A stretch of 64,000 nt of DNA, taken from assembly GCA_965248925.1 (NCBI GenBank), contig CBDFLE010000005.1:224001-288000 (forward strand), given 5' to 3'. Position numbers and translations under genes: made by a program. The notes below the pieces were generated by a model, which made no database searches, was not told the origin of the DNA, and worked only from the letters and a program-made list of their open reading frames with translations. Positions 57,430 through 64,000 of the stretch are shown piece by piece. This stretch comes from Candidatus Multivoradales bacterium. Its GTDB lineage: Bacteria; Acidobacteriota; Thermoanaerobaculia; Multivoradales; J023. The stretch's first letter is position 1; each line of letters begins with the position of its first letter.

Positions 57430-58928
57430 GCAGCCCGTGGCAGAAGTCCGTTTCTACAAAATGTGGCCTAAATTGAGGCCAGCCGGCGCAGGTGGTCTGA
57501 TCGAAGATCTTAGTGGCCAATATCCGCTCTCGTGCGGCAGAAGCCAGCTCAGCAAGCTACATACGGCGCGAAAGCCCTGTTCGAGAGCCGAAAGAAAGCC
57601 CTGAAGGGCCCGTGGAGTGCCGGCTCCATACATTTGACGAAGCAGCAGCCCAAGATTGAATCCCGCGATGTGAATCAGCAACCTTTTGCGGATGTTGTCG
57701 TGACCTCGAAGGTGGGTCCTTCTCATACCGCCAGTCTCGTAGCAATGGGCAAAGGTGCGTTCTACTTTCTCTCCTCGACGCCGCGACAGCTCGCGGCCTC
57801 GACGACCCTTGATCCGTCGACGGTTGGCATACACCGCTTGCTTCTCCGCCTCTTTGCCGCACCAGTTGCGTCGGCCTCGATCCGGTTCCGAAATATAGGT
57901 TCGAATCTTCCCTTGACGCTGTGCCTTCATGACCGCGTTACTGTGATAGCCCTTGTCAGCCACCAGCTCTGAACGGACTTTCTCGCTCAAGTGATCGCCA
58001 GCCTCCGAATCCTCAACGACATCTTCCAGCACCGCAGCGACTTCATCCAACGTCCGCTCTAGGCTCGACGTGTCCCCTCGGTCTGCAGGTTGCACCGTCA
58101 CCGCCACAACCGCACCCGTCTCCATATCCACCGCATGCTCGGCTTTGTGCGCCAGATGCGTCCGCCCATCCTTCATTCGCGTGACTTTGGCGTCGGGATC
58201 GTGGGGGTTCTTCCAGTCGCCGTTCGACGTCTTTTTGTTCTTCCTTTGGCGGTCAAAACGCGCCAGATCCGCTCGCGTCGGGGTCTCCACACCCGAAGCC
58301 TCGGCCAGGCGCGTGAGAAACTCTTCGTAGCTCTCGCCCGAGTCTCGACGCACGATGCTGCGCATCGCCGCGTTCGCCTCGAGGGTCGTCGCATCGATGC
58401 CCAGCGTCTTTCCCCGGAGCAAGCCAGCCTTCGCCAGTACTTGCAAAGCCCAAGCAAACACCGCCTCATGGGTCTCGAGATCGATCAGGCGACGGGTCCG
58501 AGAGAGCGTCGAATGGTCCGGGGTCTGGTCCGAGAGTTCGAAGCCCAGAAAGTCGCGCAGAGTCATCGAATCCGCAAGCCGCCATGCGATACCTCGCTCA
58601 GAGTCGATACCCTCGAAGAAGCCGATCAACAGCAACCGAAAATACACCGCGGGCGCCAGCGAAGGCCGTCCCATCCTCGTAGCGTAAAACCTCGCGCACT
58701 GCTCCTCGATAAAGCGATCGAAACCGTGCTTGTCGAGAATCTTGGACAGACGCTCGTAGAAAGGATGTCCTGGGGACTTGGCCAGCGCCTGGGTTTCCAC
58801 CCAGAGCTGCCGCTGTCTTCGTTTGCTTCGCCTGCCCATCGCCATGGTCGCTACCTCCCTCGGGTGGAAAGATTCTACCAGGGAAGATCGCCAAGACGGC
58901 CGTAATCGGGACTTTCACCACGGGCTGC
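57430..58928 (-). mobile_element. Insertion sequence, IS1182/IS5-like
   Basis: Terminal IRs GCAGCCCGTGGCAGAAGTCC and GGACTTTCACCACGGGCTGC (3 mismatches), flanked by TA on both sides. Confidence 0.85.
57454..58845 (-). CDS. DDE transposase (DUF772 N-terminal domain)
   Basis: GRPS..P, SER, TPDHSTL.R.R, IDAT.LEANA, DPDA, ADKGY, VER.FA. Confidence 0.92.
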   Translation of the reverse strand: MAMGRRSKRRQRQLWVETQALAKSPGHPFYERLSKILDKHGFDRFIEEQCARFYATRMGRPSLAPAVYFRLLLIGFFEGIDSERGIAWRLADSMTLRDFLGFELSDQTPDHSTLSRTRRLIDLETHEAVFAWALQVLAKAGLLRGKTLGIDATTLEANAAMRSIVRRDSGESYEEFLTRLAEASGVETPTRADLARFDRQRKNKKTSNGDWKNPHDPDAKVTRMKDGRTHLAHKAEHAVDMETGAVVAVTVQPADRGDTSSLERTLDEVAAVLEDVVEDSEAGDHLSEKVRSELVADKGYHSNAVMKAQRQGKIRTYISEPDRGRRNWCGKEAEKQAVYANRRRIKGRRGRELSRRRGEKVERTFAHCYETGGMRRTHLRGHDNIRKRLLIHIAGFNLGLLLRQMYGAGTPRALQGFLSALEQGFRAVCSLLSWLLPHESGYWPLRSSIRPPAPAGLNLGHIL

Positions 58929-58930
58929 TA

Positions 58931-59335
58931 AGGCAAGAAGTTCCCACGAATGAAGTAATTGGCTACTTGGCACTCGTCATCTTCATATTTGGCCCTCCGT
59001 TCTTTCTACTTGAAGAAGACTCTAAAGAAGGAATGATGTTTCTGCTCGGTGATAACCCCTTGCGAAATTTTCATCTACTTTCAGCAGTTGGAGGTGCCAT
59101 ATGTGGCGTTTCTTTCGGAAGAGAAATGAAGTTCATGGGATTTGTCTCAGGGATTGTTTCGTCTCTCGGGGGGGCAGTGTTATTTTGGTATTATGCCTTT
59201 CATTCACCAGTTATAGAATTTCTTTTTCCGGCTGATATAGCGGTGCTGATAGGTCTCGGCAGTATACCAGGTTTTGCTCTCTATCTTGCAGCCACGGTGG
59301 CAAGAAGCCACTTTGCAAGACCAAGATCTCGCTAG
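58931..59335 (+). CDS. Low-GC membrane protein, possible orphan immunity gene; start unclear
   Basis: Open frame with about four hydrophobic segments directly after the IS end; AT-rich. Confidence 0.45.
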   Translation, partial: RQEVPTNEVIGYLALVIFIFGPPFFLLEEDSKEGMMFLLGDNPLRNFHLLSAVGGAICGVSFGREMKFMGFVSGIVSSLGGAVLFWYYAFHSPVIEFLFPADIAVLIGLGSIPGFALYLAATVARSHFARPRSR

Positions 59336-59421
59336 AAATCTCAATGAACGTAAGGCGGCAGCCTTCGTGGGTGTAGTTCATGAAGCAAGAAACTACAAAT
59401 CACGCACAGAGGGTCGCCGAT

Positions 59422-59980
59422 ATGACGCTTACCAGAGAACAGGTACAGTGCCGAACCAGAATTCTTGCCCTGCTTCAGTTCGCTGATCAGAAGCTCACCT
59501 CGTTCTCGGGATTCATTCTCTTTCAGGGCTTGTTTCAGAAGTTTTACCTCCGGAGTCGACTCCGCGCTTGTTTACGCCATGTCGAAGCGAAATCCACCTG
59601 CGATCGAGCTCCCTTGGTTCTTGGCCTGATCGTGCATTTTTGTTGAAATATAGGAAGTTGTGCGACATTGCCTTCTACCGTGAGGACCGCATGGTGCTTC
59701 GCTTGCTGGGGCTCAGCCGGTTGCCCGATGTTGCCACTCTCAGCAGTGCTCTGGCGCAGATTGATTCGCGGGCACTCGATCGCCTGCGTGAGCGGTCCCG
59801 AGATCTCGTCCAGCTACGCCTGGCTTGGCTGCTACCTCTCAGGATCACTTTGGACTTCGATGGCTCGGTTCAAGGAACCAGCCGCCACGCCAAAGGTGCG
59901 GCGGTCGGCTACAACCGCTGTAAGAAAGGCCAGAGAAGCTACTACCCGCTATTCTGCACTGTTGCCCAGACTGGCCAGGT
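59422..59980 (+). pseudogene. IS1380 family transposase remnant, frameshifted and truncated
   Basis: F.DQKLTSFSG in one frame; after about 59640, LPDVATLS, TLDFDGSV, VGYN..KKG.RSYYPL in another; ends abruptly. Confidence 0.75.
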
Positions 59981-60135
59981 TGAGGTGCTCCCCATGGTTG
60001 TACCACGGCCAATGAGAATTTTGACACACTCTCATTTCTTCCTTGGTCATTGCACCAGCGAACTCAGCCGGCGGTAGGTTCCCCAACGAACTGTGGGGAC
60101 GTACGTGGTTGTAGTCCAGTCGCCAGTGCTCGATC
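59981..60135 (-). mobile_element. IS3 family remnant (integrase C-terminus and right end)
   Basis: IEHWRLDYNHVRPHSSLGNLPPAEF, then a terminus ending ...GGGGAGCACCTCA on the minus strand. Confidence 0.75.
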
Positions 60136-60342
60136 TTGCGGGCGATCCGGTCTACTGCGCGGAGGAGAATCGAGTGCTCGCCATCAGCCCGAGCCTGGGT
60201 GAGAACCTCCAGACAAGCTGCGTTGATCGCCTTCAGCTGCTGCATGACGTCGATGGCATGGCGGTCCTTCTCGACCTCGCGCCCTTCCTGATGCAAGACC
60301 CTTTGAGTTGACTCCGGGATCCCTGGTCGGTCACTATCTGGC

Positions 60343-60762
60343 ATGACCTCACAATCTGCACCCCACCTTGCTCGAGAACGAGTCGCGAAACCAGCTATTC
60401 TCCTGATCGTTGTTAGCTCGCTTTTCCTACTCGTAGGCGGGGTGAGTCTTGTCTTCAGCGCTTGGTTGTTGCTCAGCGGGACCGCCTCACAGATGATTCA
60501 GCCCGCGCCCTTCAGCAAAGAATCGCAAATCGCAGTTCGGATGATCTGGACTCTACTGATGCTGGCTTCCAACGTCGTTATTCTGGTGGGCGCCTTTCGA
60601 ATGAGAAATCTGCAGAGTTGGCGACTTAGCAGAGTTTCCTGCGGACTGGCCTTGATTCCCTGTTTCGGACCTTGCTTCGTTCTAGGAATCCCATTTGGCA
60701 TCTGGGGGCTTGTGGTGCTGGCCGACCCCGATGTTCGTTCGGCTTTCGAGGCAGACCGGTAG
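60343..60762 (+). CDS. Small membrane protein
   Basis: Three hydrophobic segments; IPC..PC..LGIP.GIW.LVVL..P.V..AF. Confidence 0.7.
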   Translation: MTSQSAPHLARERVAKPAILLIVVSSLFLLVGGVSLVFSAWLLLSGTASQMIQPAPFSKESQIAVRMIWTLLMLASNVVILVGAFRMRNLQSWRLSRVSCGLALIPCFGPCFVLGIPFGIWGLVVLADPDVRSAFEADR

Positions 60763-60841
60763 TTGCGGGTTTGGCGAAACTGAGCCAACCGGGATCGGTA
60801 GCAACCTCGAATGGACCGCGCAATCTGGATGCGGTCGAAGG

Positions 60842-62005
60842 TCACTTGGCTAGCGAATTCACTAGCTTGGCCCCAATCGTCTCCGCTGCCCGCCGCACCG
60901 GATCATCCGCCAGATGCGCATAGCGCTGCGTGGTCAGGATCTTCCGATGCCCGAGCAGCTGACCGACCACCGCTAGAGTATGCCCGGTGTTGACGCCACA
61001 GCTCGCAAAAGTGTGCCGGAGATCGTGGATTCGAACATCCTCGATTCCGGCCTCTTTCCGAATCCGAATCCAGACGTTCTGCAGCGTGGCCCGGTGGCTG
61101 CCGGGTTTGCTGCCAGGGATGACGTGGGGATTGTCTGGCAGGCGCTCCAGACTCTGAAGAATCCCTAGAGCGCCCTCGTTGAGCACTACAGTACGCTTGC
61201 CGGTCTTCGAGTCGGCGAGGTGCAGGGAGCGGCGCTCGAAGTCGACCTCGGACCATCGGAGCGTCAGGATCTCGGCGCTTCGGCAGCCGGTGAGGATGAG
61301 GAGCCTGATGGCGGCGATGGCGTGGGGTGAGGTGCCCCAGGTTTCCTCGGCTTGTGCGAGCATTTTGCCGAGTCGGTGTAGTTCGGATTCGGACAGATAG
61401 CGCTCGCGCGACTCCTCCTTGTACCGCTTGACGTGCCGGCAAGGATTCGACCCGTCTGTCCGCCAGCCCCAGACTTCTGCGAGGTTGAATGCCTTCCCCA
61501 GGAGAGTACGAGCTTTGTTGGCCAGCGCTGGCGTCTCTGCCATGCCGGCGATCAGCTTCGAGATCTCCCCGCGAGTCACATCGGCGACCTTCCGTCGCCC
61601 GAGGTTGGGAAGGATGCGGCCTTCCCAGAGCTGTCGGTCTCTGAGGGCGCCTCTCGGTTTCTTGTGGATCGCCGCGTGCTCCTTGAGGTGCCTCTCGGCG
61701 AGATCGGTGACAGTCGGCGCGTGGCGATCCTCTCGACGACTCGTTGAAGGACCCTCGCCCTTCCGAACCTGTGCGAAGACCTGCTGAGCTTCGTCGCGAG
61801 CCTGCTGAACGGTCATCTGGCCGTAGCGGCCGAGGGTGAAGAATCGCCGCCGTCCCTTGCTCCAGTAGCTGACCACGAATGACTTGGCGCCGGTCGGGTA
61901 GATCCGCAGGCCGAAGGCTGGCATCAGATCATCCCAGAGGTAGCAGCCGCCGGGACCCTGGTAGGTGGCGAGATCGTCGGCCCGTTTGTTGATCCGGACC
62001 TTCAT
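60842..62005 (-). CDS. Tyrosine recombinase/integrase with arm-binding (DUF4102-like) domain
   Basis: SD GGAGG; WD....FGLRI...G.KSF...TLG.YG; catalytic TGCR..E, SKTG, HDLRH, LGH, TQRYAH. Confidence 0.93.
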   Translation of the reverse strand: MKVRINKRADDLATYQGPGGCYLWDDLMPAFGLRIYPTGAKSFVVSYWSKGRRRFFTLGRYGQMTVQQARDEAQQVFAQVRKGEGPSTSRREDRHAPTVTDLAERHLKEHAAIHKKPRGALRDRQLWEGRILPNLGRRKVADVTRGEISKLIAGMAETPALANKARTLLGKAFNLAEVWGWRTDGSNPCRHVKRYKEESRERYLSESELHRLGKMLAQAEETWGTSPHAIAAIRLLILTGCRSAEILTLRWSEVDFERRSLHLADSKTGKRTVVLNEGALGILQSLERLPDNPHVIPGSKPGSHRATLQNVWIRIRKEAGIEDVRIHDLRHTFASCGVNTGHTLAVVGQLLGHRKILTTQRYAHLADDPVRRAAETIGAKLVNSLAK

Positions 62006-62063
62006 GGCCGGCCTCCCAGGTGGCCCTTGCCAGGGCACCCACGTTTGGGTTCCCAGGGGCTTT

Positions 62064-62357
62064 GAGCAACCGTGGAGCAACCAACTGAACGAGTATTGTG
62101 GCGTAGACCAGCGTTCACCATGTACCTACCCTAAATGGGTAAGCCCTTGAATGTCAACGCTTTAGCGTAGTCTGGAGTGCAGCGGCGTAGGACCGCGTAA
62201 ACCAGCGGTGGTTCCGGGACAGGGACCTAAGCAGAGGAGAAGGTGTTTCTGTAACGTATTGATTTCAAATAGTTTATTTACCTCTCGGTAGTGAGCGCTT
62301 AAGTGTGAGCAACCCATGAGCAACCGGTTGAAAAAGCGCTGTAGCGTAGTACAGCGT
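62064..62357. repeat. att-like site: paired arm-type direct repeats upstream of the integrase
   Basis: GAGCAACC-N3-GAGCAACC at 62064-62082 and 62307-62325, within 51-bp degenerate direct repeats; two TAA-N4-TTGA-N11-TTA boxes between them. Confidence 0.7.
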
Positions 62358-62545
62358 AGGTGGAGTGCAAAGCTCATGGAATCAGCAGTTACGAGCTGCT
62401 CCTGTTGACATCCGGCTGCTCTCCTGGGTACTTACTCCTCTCACATTTCGGCTGGGCTGGCGTTCTTGAGCCTGCTCGCTGGGCCTCACTCGGTTGGTCG
62501 AGTTCGGTCCTGTGCCGAAGTAGATCTTCCGAGAGGAGAGGCACC

Positions 62546-62923
62546 ATGACAGCAGATCCGAAGACGACTTCCGCGGCAACCGAAACCGAGTACCTCTACA
62601 GCATCCGGGTTGCCGACGAGGCAGGGGAGGATTGCGCGATCTGTGAGGCTCCGACGGGGGCCGGGCCAGTCGGCTATCGGGACGACGATACCGTCTGCGA
62701 CATGTGCTTGCTCGATGCCTGCACCGACCTTGGGTTGGTCCTGGCGCTAATTGCTGTAACTCGGGCCTTCGGGGCTGTGCCTTGGAGGGACAGGGAATCA
62801 GGTCAAGAAGGACTCGCTCAGCTTGGGGCCTTCGCTCGGGTGTTCGAGCACATTTTGGCTAAGAAGTCGGAGCGGCGGGGGATGGATCTGCCGGAGAGGG
62901 ACGAGGCTCTGCGGGATCTGTAA
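62546..62923 (+). CDS. Hypothetical protein with two CxxC pairs
   Basis: SD GAGGAG; CAIC...CDMC. Confidence 0.65.
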   Translation: MTADPKTTSAATETEYLYSIRVADEAGEDCAICEAPTGAGPVGYRDDDTVCDMCLLDACTDLGLVLALIAVTRAFGAVPWRDRESGQEGLAQLGAFARVFEHILAKKSERRGMDLPERDEALRDL

Positions 62924-63075
62924 GCTCTGGCAAGTGATTGAAATGGTTGAAGTTCGAGCTTCTGCCCACGACAAGCTCCTGTGGGGACGAGCCCAAGCTC
63001 TACAGCTAAACTCCGACCTGCTAGAATCGGCGGCAATCGCAAACCTCACATACCTTCCAATGGAGGACACAAGCA

Positions 63076-63804
63076 ATGTCAACGACTTCACGCTGCGTCG
63101 TTTTTCTTGTGGTTTTTGGCGCTCTTGCCGGGGCGCTCTTCGCCAATGATGGCTACGATGGCTCTCATCTCACCCTTCGCGAGGAAGATCCAGGTATAGA
63201 CACATCTGGCTATTCCCTCAGCGACATAGACATCGACTCGGCGTTCGACCTCGATTTGGACTCCGATTCGGATCGCCCAACTGCCCCTGAGAGAGATCGC
63301 CCAACAGCCCAGAAGCGCAGCAGCAGATCAACACATAGCGCTCCGCCACCAATAGCACCGACGTACGATCCGAGAATCGACATCCCGCAAAGCAACTTTG
63401 ACATGCTCAGAAAGAAGGAGGCGCATCGGAAGCACAGCGACCGACTCCTCAATCGTCGCCAGAGAGCCCTGAATCGCGACGATCCGCGAGCCATCAACCG
63501 CGCTTACGAAGACATAGAGCGGTACAACAACGAGCAAGCGGAAGCGCTACAAAAGTGGCATCTCCAGGACCGACGTGTCCACCCCCCGGTGTCGATAGGA
63601 GAAGAGCCAGTTCGATGGGAAATTCAGACACCTGAAATAATAGCCGAGAGGAAAAAGCGCATAGAGCGCTACCGACTCGAGGAAGAGCAGCGACGCCGGC
63701 AATTATACCTACGAGAGAGGGATCGCCAGAAGAAGACACACAATCTCCACATCAACGATCCTAACGGCTCTACCTACCAGGATTTTCCCGATGTTGATGG
63801 GTAG
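63076..63804 (+). CDS. Hypothetical exported low-complexity protein
   Basis: SD GGAGG; signal peptide ending ALFA; charged helical C-terminal half. Confidence 0.6.
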   Translation: MSTTSRCVVFLVVFGALAGALFANDGYDGSHLTLREEDPGIDTSGYSLSDIDIDSAFDLDLDSDSDRPTAPERDRPTAQKRSSRSTHSAPPPIAPTYDPRIDIPQSNFDMLRKKEAHRKHSDRLLNRRQRALNRDDPRAINRAYEDIERYNNEQAEALQKWHLQDRRVHPPVSIGEEPVRWEIQTPEIIAERKKRIERYRLEEEQRRRQLYLRERDRQKKTHNLHINDPNGSTYQDFPDVDG

Positions 63805-64000
63805 GCACTCAAACAATTTTCTCGCGCTTCACCTAGTATTTCTGCTTACACCTGGAGTTCTACTCGCAAGCACAGAGGGAGACGAACCCTCCTGCGACCC
63901 TCCACCAGTATCCACGTGCGACTCAACCAAGAAGCCCACATGGAAGTACACATGCGAACCACCATACTGCGACACCGCAACAGATGAAGGTCGCTCCCAA
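63791..64000 (+). CDS. Exported Cys/Pro-rich protein (3' truncated by window edge)
   Basis: MLMGRHSNNFLALHLVFLLTPGVLLA signal, then SCDPPPVSTCD...TCEPPYCD; open to window end; overlaps previous stop. Confidence 0.55.
   Translation, partial: MLMGRHSNNFLALHLVFLLTPGVLLASTEGDEPSCDPPPVSTCDSTKKPTWKYTCEPPYCDTATDEGRSQ

Noticed and set aside
62200-62230. tRNA 3'-end remnant as att core (minus strand ...GTCCCGGAACCACC)
   Set aside because: No GTTCGA T-loop or terminal CCA; resemblance too weak to call.

Overview
High-GC bacterial chromosomal window. Gene content and motifs (IFxDGFESGD tag, HTH-TPR protein, Sec-exported RHS) suggest Acidobacteriota, possibly Thermoanaerobaculia; this is inference only. 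1-7.3 kb: 3' part of a giant beta-helix surface protein, three tail-collar (MdpB-like) paralogs, a GNAT, two DUF6916-like genes and a small exported protein with a C-terminal DGFE tag. 7.3-47.7 kb: mostly housekeeping (dapF, DegT aminotransferase, AGCS symporter, tyrA, split TRAP transporter, infC with ATT start, SLC13 transporter, S9 peptidase, SpoIIE-type phosphatase, Rrf2 regulator, pdxH, ctaA, guaB, ECF sigma/anti-sigma). Two loci stand out there: a MamK-like actin directly downstream of a membrane-anchored peptidoglycan amidase with no magnetosome genes nearby, and an ACP-less AMP-ligase/KS/chain-length-factor trio. 47.9-64 kb: accessory region with a RadC/JAB operon divergent from an HTH-TPR regulator, a signal-peptide RHS toxin with an HExxH tip and lipoprotein immunity candidate, one intact IS plus IS remnants, and a tyrosine integrase beside an attP-like array of repeats. 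No tRNA, rRNA or CRISPR array was seen. All family assignments come from motif recognition by eye, not database searches.
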